Origin: a virus
Taxonomy: Duplodnaviria; Caudoviricetes
Virus record (IMG/VR): IMGVR_UViG_3300005805_000350
Span: 1 to 28,443 of that record
Strand: one strand, 5' to 3'
DNA length: 28,443 bases
The position numbers and the translations under genes are program-made. A model generated the notes under the pieces. That model saw only the letters and a list, made by a program, of their open reading frames with translations, was not told where the DNA came from and did no database searches. Positions 6,203 to 12,766 of this stretch are shown here, one piece after another (position 1 is the stretch's first letter; each line of letters opens with the position of its first letter).

Positions 6203-6304
6203 TAGGTTCGCTTGTTCCTTGCGGAAAAGATGATCAGTCTCTGCCTCGGCTACTCTAACTTCGTAGGTCAAAGCTACCCTTGCTGTCAACGGCACTTGCG
6301 AATT
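6203..6304 (-). ncRNA. Structured RNA with ACAGCAA motif and Arg-like anticodon hairpin
   Basis: TTCGC/GCGAA ends, GACAGCAA, GCTTTGAC-CTACGAA-GTTAGAGT, TTCC-GCAA-GGAA. Confidence 0.5.
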
Positions 6305-6307
6305 CTG

Positions 6308-6399
6308 TGGCGGAAGGTAAAGGATTTGAACCTTTGTGCACTTTTCAGCGCCCACTGACTTCCAATCAGGGCCAATAGACCAAACTCTGGCAACCTTCC
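6308..6399 (-). tRNA. tRNA-Ser(GGA)
   Basis: CTGA-TTGGAAG-TCAG; long variable arm; G73. Confidence 0.9.
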
Positions 6400-6403
6400 A
6401 AAT

Positions 6404-6440
6404 TGGTTGGATCTGTGGATTATAGTGACATACAGACCCA
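6404..6440 (-). ncRNA. CCA-ended hairpin (microhelix)
   Basis: TGGGTCTGT..ACAGATCCA-ACCA. Confidence 0.45.
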
Positions 6441-6456
6441 TGCTGCCACTGCGCAC

Positions 6457-6546
6457 TGGCGGAAGCGGTGAGATTTGAACTCACGAAACCTTTCGGTTTG
6501 CTAGTTTTCAAGACTAGTGCAATCAGCCGGACTCTGCCACGCTTCC
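6457..6546 (-). tRNA. tRNA-Ser(TGA)
   Basis: CTAGT-CTTGAAA-ACTAG; G73. Confidence 0.95.
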
Positions 6547-6552
6547 AAATTT

Positions 6553-7335
6553 TTACACTTGTTTGGTGGTAGCAAATATATCATGACCAACCACCATATA
6601 ACTATATCCTAACTTCTTTAAAACTTCTATTAACTTTGCTCTACCTTGATCACTGGTGTCCTGTCTTTGACTATCACCGAGATTTAAATACTCTACATAC
6701 AAGTCAGGCTTAAACTTTTCTATGGTCTGAGCTGCACCATTTATTACATCTAAATCTAATCCTTCAGCATCAATTTTAATATAATCAACTTTTGGTACTC
6801 TATGTTCCAACACAAATCTATCAATGGTTGTCATTTTGATACGCTGCATAGCACCGGCTACGGATTTGTATGTATCACTGAGATCAGCACCACCTAACGT
6901 AAATGCAGCAAAACTACCAGGTTGATCATAATCTACTTCAGGTATTTCAATCCATTTTTCTTCTCTGCCTATTGCAGTTTCATATGCATAGACATTAAAA
7001 ATATTGTTGATAGCAAGATTGCCACATAATATTTGAAATACCTGTCGTTGTGGTTCAAAACAATAAAGTTTACCACCTCTTTTAGCTAACCAAGGTGCGA
7101 TAAATGTAGCAAATGTGCCAATGTTAGCACCAATATCAATCACCACAGGATCAACGGTATTAATCAAAGCTTTACTAGCTATATCAGTTTCAACGGTGTT
7201 GTTATTGCCGTGGTCTAACAAAAATCTCCCTACGCCAACACCATCTGGTCCACTATCATTTCTGTTTAAAATCATAGTGCCGTGATCACAGCTGACTAAT
7301 ATATTGCGAATAGGTTTGTCATCTAAAGTAAACAT
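6553..7335 (-). CDS. FkbM-family methyltransferase (start revised to ATG 7335)
   Basis: VIDIGANIG, FEPQ, YIKIDAEG; the longer ORF start overlaps a tRNA. Confidence 0.9.
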   Translation of the reverse strand: MFTLDDKPIRNILVSCDHGTMILNRNDSGPDGVGVGRFLLDHGNNNTVETDIASKALINTVDPVVIDIGANIGTFATFIAPWLAKRGGKLYCFEPQRQVFQILCGNLAINNIFNVYAYETAIGREEKWIEIPEVDYDQPGSFAAFTLGGADLSDTYKSVAGAMQRIKMTTIDRFVLEHRVPKVDYIKIDAEGLDLDVINGAAQTIEKFKPDLYVEYLNLGDSQRQDTSDQGRAKLIEVLKKLGYSYMVVGHDIFATTKQV

Positions 7336-7386
7336 ATTAGTAATTAGTCCTAAGCTTGACCACAACACAAAATGTGACACATTATT

Positions 7387-7462
7387 TGGTAGTCCCGGAA
7401 GGATTCTAACCCTCAACGTTCCGCTAATCGGGCGGACATTCTAACAATTGAATTACAGGACC
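7387..7462 (-). tRNA. tRNA-Ile(GAT)-like with aberrant anticodon loop
   Basis: Full cloverleaf; TCCGC-CCGATTA-GCGGA (C33, U37); T-loop TTAGAAT; ACCA. Confidence 0.7.
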
Positions 7463-7471
7463 ATTGTTTTT

Positions 7472-7546
7472 TGGCAGGAGATGTAGGAATCGAACCTACG
7501 AACCTGGTTTCAAAGACCAGTATGTCTACCACTCCATCAATCTTCA
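7472..7546 (-). tRNA. tRNA-Gln(TTG)
   Basis: CTGGT-CTTTGAA-ACCAG; unpaired 1:72, G73. Confidence 0.88.
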
Positions 7547-7555
7547 ACTGATAAA

Positions 7556-7636
7556 CCATAATGGAACATACTCCACACTCTTATACGCCCGCGCTTTGTA
7601 AGCCGTTAAAATATAAGCGAATATATTCTAGTATGG
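7556..7636 (-). ncRNA. Terminal-stem RNA family member D
   Basis: Minus arms CCATACTAGAATATATT ... AGTATGTTCCATTATGG; starts at the tRNA-Glu CCA. Confidence 0.55.
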
Positions 7637-7709
7637 CGTCCTGTGGGGGAATCGAACCCGCCCTCTGTGGCTTGAAGGGCCACGGATCTCACCAGAAATC
7701 CAACAGGAC
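7634..7709 (-). tRNA. tRNA-Glu(TTC) with C33
   Basis: GTGGC-CCTTCAA-GCCAC; GTCCTGT/ACAGGAC G CCA. Confidence 0.88.
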
Positions 7710-7724
7710 AAAAACTGCTGGCTG

Positions 7725-8294
7725 TTACACCAGCAGCTTCTTAACGCGACTATGCTTAGGCAAGAAATCCTTAAGGAACATCATTTGATCTGCCAAAATA
7801 TTTCTATTTTGTAAAACCAATGCTTCAGCCTTGTCTGGAACATAAGGAACATACAACAATTCTAAACCAGCTTCCTTAAGTGTCATGTCATCTTTGTGAG
7901 AATTGCATGGCGTGCATGCAGTTACACAATTTGTCCACGACGTTGGACCACCCTTGCTAGCAGGAACAATATGATCCCTAGTCAATTGATGATCTTTAAA
8001 TTCTTTGCCACAGTATGCACAAATATGCAGATCTCGCCTAAACAAGTTTCGGTTGTTCAGCGTAGGCGTCCGATTCACATATTTGAATTTGGAATTTAGA
8101 GCTACAATGCTGGCAACTTCAACTTGAGAGCGCTGACCTGTCATGCGTGAAGTGCCACCCTTAAACATAAATTCCTCATCGCCAAATTCCCAGCCAATGA
8201 GACCTTTGCATTTTAGAGTAACCGCATCCTGCCAGGTGATCCAATTGTGCGGCTGACCACCACTGTTTAATGCCAGTATCAAGTTACGCATCAT
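7725..8294 (-). CDS. McrA-like HNH endonuclease
   Basis: RDLHICAYCG, LTRDHIVPASKGG, WTNCVTACTPCNSHK; GGAG SD before ATG 8294. Confidence 0.88.
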   Translation of the reverse strand: MMRNLILALNSGGQPHNWITWQDAVTLKCKGLIGWEFGDEEFMFKGGTSRMTGQRSQVEVASIVALNSKFKYVNRTPTLNNRNLFRRDLHICAYCGKEFKDHQLTRDHIVPASKGGPTSWTNCVTACTPCNSHKDDMTLKEAGLELLYVPYVPDKAEALVLQNRNILADQMMFLKDFLPKHSRVKKLLV

Positions 8295-8342
8295 GCTCTC
8301 CAATTAAAAATTTTACTTTTAGATATTTACTACAAATAAAAC

Positions 8343-8436
8343 TGGTACTCCCGGAAGGAATCGAACCTTCACCATGCCCTCATCTAGAGCTAAACCGGAA
8401 TATAAAGCCGGCGTTCTACCATTAAACTACGGGAGC
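8343..8436 (-). tRNA. tRNA with TAT anticodon (Ile-UAU) and long variable arm
   Basis: CCGGC-TTTATAT-TCCGG; variable arm GCTCT-AGATG-AGGGC; A73 CCA; 94 nt. Confidence 0.8.
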
Positions 8437-8447
8437 ATAAAATAAAC

Positions 8448-8503
8448 AGGATGGACTTTTTCACTTTTTGACAGTAAGTTTTTTAATTTGCTGTAACCAT
8501 CCT
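8448..8503 (-). ncRNA. Short CAGCAA-family RNA with Asp-like anticodon hairpin
   Basis: AGGATGG/CCATCCT stem, TTACAGCAA, ACTT-A-CTGTCAA-A-AAGT. Confidence 0.65.
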
Positions 8504-8511
8504 CAAAACTT

Positions 8512-8590
8512 TGGGGTGATAGACCAGACTCGCACTGGCTAATATACTGTTTCACGGACAGTAGGCTCGACTACTTCGCTTTCTATCACC
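8512..8590 (-). tRNA. tRNA-His(GTG) with C33
   Basis: G-1:C73 eight-bp acceptor; ACTGT-CCGTGAA-ACAGT; T-loop TGCGAGT. Confidence 0.88.
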
Positions 8591-8599
8591 ATTGTATCT

Positions 8600-8677
8600 T
8601 GGTCTCCCATGCTGAGTTCGAACCAGCGTTATTCCTGATCCCAAATCAGGTACCATACCAGGCTAGGCGAATGGGAG
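8600..8677 (-). tRNA. tRNA-Pro(TGG), second copy
   Basis: CCTGA-TTTGGGA-TCAGG; C1:G72 ACCA. Confidence 0.92.
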
Positions 8678-8692
8678 ATAGTTCTTAAAATT

Positions 8693-8776
8693 TGGTGCCC
8701 CAGGGGAGACTCGAACTCCCACGCCTCTCGGCAACGGCTTCTAAGACCGTCATGGCTACCATTACATCACCGGGGC
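8693..8776 (-). tRNA. tRNA-Leu(TAG)
   Basis: ACGGT-CTTAGAA-GCCGT; long variable arm. Confidence 0.95.
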
Positions 8777-8782
8777 AAATAT

Positions 8783-8856
8783 TGGAGCGGGTAGCCGGTT
8801 ACGCTCCGGCGATTTCACTTTGGCAAAGTGATAGGTTACTATTACATCATACCCGC
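8783..8856 (-). tRNA. tRNA-Gly(GCC), divergent elbow
   Basis: TCACT-TTGCCAA-AGTGA; U73; T-loop AGCGTAA; D-loop AATAGTA. Confidence 0.85.
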
Positions 8857-8861
8857 GTATA

Positions 8862-9251
8862 TTATCTTAACGAAAGACCTCTCGCCTTTCGACCGTTACC
8901 CTTATTACCACCGCCATAACTTTTAGTTTGGCTATGACAATTAGGACATATTAATCTTAAATTGCTTGGCATATTATTGCCAGCATTTCCGTCTATGTGA
9001 TCTACTTGAAGTACAATAGGTTTATTATTGTATTCGCTTATTCCGCAACATTCACAATTATAACCATTTACTTCAGTTAATACTTTACGCAAAGTGTTTC
9101 TTTCGGTTACTTCACCAAGTTTAAATCTTTCAATTGTTCCTTTAAATTGTGCTTTACCCTGACAAGAGTTGCTACAGTATATATTAAACTTTTGACGTGA
9201 CCACTTAGACTCAGTTCCGCAATTTTTACAGATATAGGTAGAATGTTTCAT
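8862..9251 (-). CDS. HNH homing endonuclease with N-terminal Zn ribbon (start ATG 9251)
   Basis: CKNCG..YCSNSC; CECCG..LQVDHIDGN..NLRLICPNCHSQT; GATAAATA just upstream. Confidence 0.88.
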   Translation of the reverse strand: MKHSTYICKNCGTESKWSRQKFNIYCSNSCQGKAQFKGTIERFKLGEVTERNTLRKVLTEVNGYNCECCGISEYNNKPIVLQVDHIDGNAGNNMPSNLRLICPNCHSQTKSYGGGNKGNGRKARGLSLR

Positions 9252-9279
9252 ACATTTATTTATCATTCTACCGCACAAA

Positions 9280-9302
9280 TCTACCAACTGAGCTACACCC
9301 GC
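9280..9302 (-). pseudogene. Orphan canonical 5' fragment of tRNA-Gly
   Basis: GCGGGTGTAGCTCAGTTGGTAGA, then abrupt loss of tRNA similarity. Confidence 0.75.
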
Positions 9303-9335
9303 ATATAACTATTTAACACCCTCTTTGGAAGGTGT

Positions 9336-9406
9336 ATAATAAAGTGTACCACCTTCTAATCCGCACCATTACAGGTTATCCAAACCAGTATGATACACTT
9401 TATTAT
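9336..9406 (-). ncRNA. Terminal-stem RNA, divergent member E
   Basis: Perfect 13-bp inverted repeat ATAATAAAGTGTA (9336-9348 / 9394-9406). Confidence 0.45.
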
Positions 9407-9524
9407 CTGCCATTTATACTCCGCCGTTATCGCCAGCGTTTCATCCGGTCAGCCGCCCGTTTGCAGGATGTTTATAGTGCCCTGCGAGACCTCGTTTCTC
9501 ACCACACTTTCTCTTTCTTACACT

Positions 9525-9553
9525 ATCCTAACAAAGTTTTTAATTTTTGTCAA
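9525..9553 (-). promoter_or_regulatory. sigma70-type promoter just downstream of the attenuator terminator
   Basis: TTGACA-17 nt-TAGGAT. Confidence 0.6.
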
Positions 9554-9557
9554 CTAC

Positions 9558-9592
9558 AAAAACAAAAACCCCAGGGTGTTTAATCCTGGGGT
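9558..9592 (-). terminator. Intrinsic terminator of putative attenuator
   Basis: ACCCCAGG-ATTAAACAC-CCTGGGGT followed by TTTTGTTTTT. Confidence 0.85.
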
Positions 9593-9616
9593 CCTTTTGA
9601 GTTTGTGGAATTTTAT

Positions 9617-9763
9617 TTAACTATTCCGCCCTTCTCCCAAGGACCCCTTGCTAGGCTCTACTGCACGATCATTACTGCCACTGATAATGGTCCAATATGA
9701 TGGCATAAAGCCTATCTGTTTGGCCCCACATGTCAGTTTATGTAACGAAGTTCTTTGCATCAT
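9617..9763 (-). CDS. Putative attenuator leader peptide (48 aa) containing all 20 amino acids
   Basis: MMQRTSLHKLTCGAKQIGFMPSYWTIISGSNDRAVEPSKGSLGEGRNS; AGGA before ATG; GGGGTCCTT in the ORF complements the terminator 5' arm. Confidence 0.75.
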   Translation of the reverse strand: MMQRTSLHKLTCGAKQIGFMPSYWTIISGSNDRAVEPSKGSLGEGRNS

Positions 9764-9770
9764 GTTTCCT

Positions 9771-9799
9771 ATTATATTGTATCTAGTCTTTATTGTCAA
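9771..9799 (-). promoter_or_regulatory. sigma70 promoter (perfect consensus) for the leader ORF
   Basis: TTGACA-17 nt-TATAAT; ATG lies 7 nt after the -10 box. Confidence 0.85.
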
Positions 9800-9858
9800 C
9801 AACAAAAATAACTTTTGACAAAATTTCCTTATAAATTTATTTATGCCTTCTAAAACAA

Positions 9859-10047
9859 TTACTTATCTTTAGGCTGCATTTTTGCTATAATCTTATTTAT
9901 AATACTACTACCAGTATTTGTCAATAAAATTGGTAAAATTGCATGAATCAATAAAACAAAACCTGCAAGTAAACATAAACCTGCCATTGTTGCAGCATGC
10001 TTGGCATGCTGTGTATATGTCATGTTTACTTGTTTTAAATGATCCAT
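9859..10047 (-). CDS. Small membrane protein (DUF6356-like)
   Basis: HLKQVNMTYTQH..hydrophobic stretch..HAILP pattern. Confidence 0.6.
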   Translation of the reverse strand: MDHLKQVNMTYTQHAKHAATMAGLCLLAGFVLLIHAILPILLTNTGSSIINKIIAKMQPKDK

Positions 10048-10062
10048 ACACTATTTATTCTT

Positions 10063-10139
10063 TGGTGGGCCCACTAGGATTTGAACCTAGGACCAAGCGA
10101 TTATGAGTCGCCTGCTCTGACCAACTGAGCTATAGGCCC
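10063..10139 (-). tRNA. tRNA-Ile2(CAT), lysidine type
   Basis: GGGCCTATAGCTCAG..GGCGACTCATAATCGCTTGGTC resembles bacterial Ile2 rather than Met. Confidence 0.8.
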
Positions 10140-10150
10140 AACGTTCGCTT

Positions 10151-10179
10151 ATATTATACTGGTATCCAATTACTGTCAA
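10151..10179 (-). promoter_or_regulatory. sigma70-type promoter for tRNA-Ile2
   Basis: TTGACA-17 nt-TAATAT (TATAAT overlaps at 15-nt spacing). Confidence 0.6.
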
Positions 10180-10182
10180 CTC

Positions 10183-11727
10183 TTATCTGCGAGCTCTTGT
10201 TTTGGGCTGGCCCGCAGCAGGCTCACTACGTCTAGCACGTAATTTTTCAACTGAATGGGTTTTTGGTTTGATGTCTACTTTGGCTTTCTGTACAGTCTGA
10301 GCTAGATCACTGTCAGTTTCATCCGGTACATCTTTGGCCCCACCACGAAGAATCTTAAAGGTAAAATTGCCTTTTATACCAGTGCTGTAATAAGTTTTAC
10401 CAGCACTAAATTTGACCCCAGTTACACTTTTGCTGGGCCACTGTGCGGTAAACTTGTCCAATATCCATTCGCTGCCTTTATCTTTGGCTTTGGTATAAAC
10501 CTGTATTAATGCTCCGTTGTTCAACAAACCGCTAGCTACTTCACTAAAGTCTGTATTTTCATTTATATGCTCAGCTACTTTATGTGCCACTGCTGCTAGG
10601 CTGTGAAAATATAAATTTACACTATTAGGGTTGTCTGTGGGCTTATTTTCAATGAGATTCTTTAAATTCTTGCTGATTTTCATGCCTTGTACTTGCTCTA
10701 ATTTAACTAGCGGCTGTTTATACATAGCAATGATGTCTGCTTCATCCTTTTCATTGATGATACCAAACTGTTTACCCAATACCAAAGGTGCATTACGTTG
10801 ACCCATTTTGACCACAGTTTCAACTATTTTTAATACTTCTTGTTGTTTTTTTCCGCTTATATTTTTAGCTTCCCTACTGAGATCCAACAGGTTCTTTGCG
10901 CTGGCTTGTGCTCCTGCGGCTGCTTTGCTACTTACTTTAATTGTAGAACCACTGCGACTAGTTATAATACTGTCGCTTAGACCTTCAGTTTTATCTGTAC
11001 CAAAACTAATTAGGGTTTTCTTAAATCCAGTTTGCCCCATGAATACTGTGGCAGCTTCTTCAGCATTACCTTCCGCAGTGCCAGCTAAGAGACTGATAGG
11101 ATGTAATAATTCACAAAAATAGTTAGTAAATGCACTGAAACTTATGTCTTTGGGAGCAGGTATAGTTATTGGGAATGGACTTCCAGCAGCTATCATCTGT
11201 GCTACCTTAGTTAAAGGACTAGCAGGCCCAAACTTTTCAGATATCTGATTTACAATATCTTTGGGTGTTAAATCACTGGCTTTGGTCAAAATATCCTGGG
11301 GCATTAATCCAGCCTGACTCTTAGCAGCTACCCTACTGTTATATCTATACCCTGGGATACCTGTTTGGTTATCCCATAAATTCTGTGTGGGATCTGGGTT
11401 TACACTTTGGAATGGTTTAATGAAGATTAATTTTTGTCTATCAGGGGTGGAAAAAGTAGCCACACCAAAAGCTAGATCATTGCTTTTAAATTTGCCTACG
11501 ACATTTACTGTAGCGTTACCAAAGCTTTTGCTTATTTTTTGTAGAGCTGAAGCGGTAGCTTCTGGGCTGGCAAAGGTTTGCGCATTATCTGGATAAAATT
11601 CCACTGAATCCACGTAAATTTTGTCATCAGCGTTAGTGGTACTAACGAATTCTTCCCCAGGTTTCCTAGCACCTAATCCACGACTTTCCACTAGCCTATT
11701 ATCAATTATGTTTAGAAGATCCCTCAT
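10183..11727 (-). CDS. Hypothetical protein (514 aa), possibly virion-internal
   Basis: Long ORF; MRDLLNII..LVE N-terminus; weak D..IKVSSK PD-(D/E)xK-like segment. Confidence 0.8.
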   Translation of the reverse strand: MRDLLNIIDNRLVESRGLGARKPGEEFVSTTNADDKIYVDSVEFYPDNAQTFASPEATASALQKISKSFGNATVNVVGKFKSNDLAFGVATFSTPDRQKLIFIKPFQSVNPDPTQNLWDNQTGIPGYRYNSRVAAKSQAGLMPQDILTKASDLTPKDIVNQISEKFGPASPLTKVAQMIAAGSPFPITIPAPKDISFSAFTNYFCELLHPISLLAGTAEGNAEEAATVFMGQTGFKKTLISFGTDKTEGLSDSIITSRSGSTIKVSSKAAAGAQASAKNLLDLSREAKNISGKKQQEVLKIVETVVKMGQRNAPLVLGKQFGIINEKDEADIIAMYKQPLVKLEQVQGMKISKNLKNLIENKPTDNPNSVNLYFHSLAAVAHKVAEHINENTDFSEVASGLLNNGALIQVYTKAKDKGSEWILDKFTAQWPSKSVTGVKFSAGKTYYSTGIKGNFTFKILRGGAKDVPDETDSDLAQTVQKAKVDIKPKTHSVEKLRARRSEPAAGQPKTRARR

Positions 11728-11866
11728 GCCCTGCCTTTGGTTATTATACCATATTTATTGTTTTATTTAGAAACTCATTGTATAATAGTTTTTTTATGCT
11801 GTATTGCAGCATAAATAAAATTACAAACAATGTACCGCACTTAAATTTTGTATAGGAGTATTAAAA

Positions 11867-11995
11867 ATGTTGACCCAAATTAAAAATCGTATTCTCTCAG
11901 CCATTCATCAACTTCAAACCGTTCGTAATGCAATGCAGGTTTGGAACTACACTCACAGCGTAGAAAAAGTCCGTAAGGCAATGGCCAAAGCCTAA
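11867..11995 (+). CDS. Small protein (42 aa), not in ORF track
   Basis: AGGAG SD, CATAAATA at 11810; MLTQIKNRILSAIHQLQTVRNAMQVWNYTHSVEKVRKAMAKA; stop abuts convergent gene. Confidence 0.65.
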   Translation: MLTQIKNRILSAIHQLQTVRNAMQVWNYTHSVEKVRKAMAKA

Positions 11996-12766
11996 TTACT
12001 TACGTTCTATATCTTCTTCAATACATGCATTTCCGTATTGAATTTCGATTACTTTAAGCGGAATGTCAGTGGTATTACACAGTTGATGCCACTGCATTTT
12101 GTCAATATGAATGTGGTCAAATTGTTCAAATCTTCCCAATAATTCCATATCAGTGCTACGATTTATACTATAAACATCAGCAGTGCCTTCAGCTACGAAC
12201 CAATGCTCTGAACGATCTTTATGCCGTTGCATACTAAGACGTTGCCCTGGTTGAACTGTAAGTTCTTTGACTTTTACATTGTTGTTAGGTTCGTGCAATA
12301 CACGATAATATCCCCAGTTTCTATCAGTTTTAGGTGATTTCCATTCTTCTAAAATCCAGCTAGAGCTATTGGCCTTATCTTCCCCACCAATACCAAACAC
12401 AAACTCTACATCGTCAAATACCATTTCAGGTATATTTTGTTTGGTGCGATCTCCGCCATTTGCAAATACAATTTGACAATTTGGGTATAGTTCCTTGCAT
12501 TTACGTATTGCATCTATGCTGCTGCCATCACTATCATCATAGTCAATAATGGTATCATCCACCATATAAAGGTTTTGTATGATATTCATACGTTCTAATA
12601 CAGGCATAAAAGGCCTACCTTTTTTACGGGTAAGCCAAGCATCTGAATTCACAGCAACCACTAATTTTTCACCTAATTTCTTAGCGGATTCAAATAATTT
12701 TATGTGTCCGCTGTGTACTGGATCAAAGCCACCAGAAACCAAAACAACTCTTTGAATTTTTTTCAT
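11996..12766 (-). CDS. Cytidylyltransferase-like domain fused to type II mannose-6-phosphate isomerase cupin
   Basis: SGGFDPVHSGH (HxGH), FANGGDR, WGYY..LSMQRHKDRSEHW..IEIQYG..EEDIER; start ATG 12766 overlaps upstream stop. Confidence 0.88.
   Translation of the reverse strand: MKKIQRVVLVSGGFDPVHSGHIKLFESAKKLGEKLVVAVNSDAWLTRKKGRPFMPVLERMNIIQNLYMVDDTIIDYDDSDGSSIDAIRKCKELYPNCQIVFANGGDRTKQNIPEMVFDDVEFVFGIGGEDKANSSSWILEEWKSPKTDRNWGYYRVLHEPNNNVKVKELTVQPGQRLSMQRHKDRSEHWFVAEGTADVYSINRSTDMELLGRFEQFDHIHIDKMQWHQLCNTTDIPLKVIEIQYGNACIEEDIERK

Noticed and set aside
7575-7618. Anticodon-like heptamers inside terminal-stem family members (CTTACAA, CTGCCAA, CTGAAAA)
   Set aside because: They lack clean closing stems and such 7-mers arise readily by chance; not claimed.
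7634-7709. Opal suppressor or Sec tRNA (TCA visible in loop)
   Set aside because: The 5-bp stem fixes the loop as CCTTCAA, giving anticodon TTC; body is Glu-like with a short variable loop.
7725-8294. RNA-guided IscB/Cas9-like nuclease
   Set aside because: Only a 189-aa McrA-like HNH; no PLMP or RuvC motifs and no adjacent large ncRNA.
245-8856. Theta (HDV-like) ribozymes at tRNA 3' ends
   Set aside because: No nested double-pseudoknot pattern could be supported by eye; a motif search is needed to exclude them.
9764-9805. 62-aa version of the leader ORF starting at 9805
   Set aside because: The extension runs through the -35/-10 boxes; ATG 9763 fits both the promoter and the AGGA SD.
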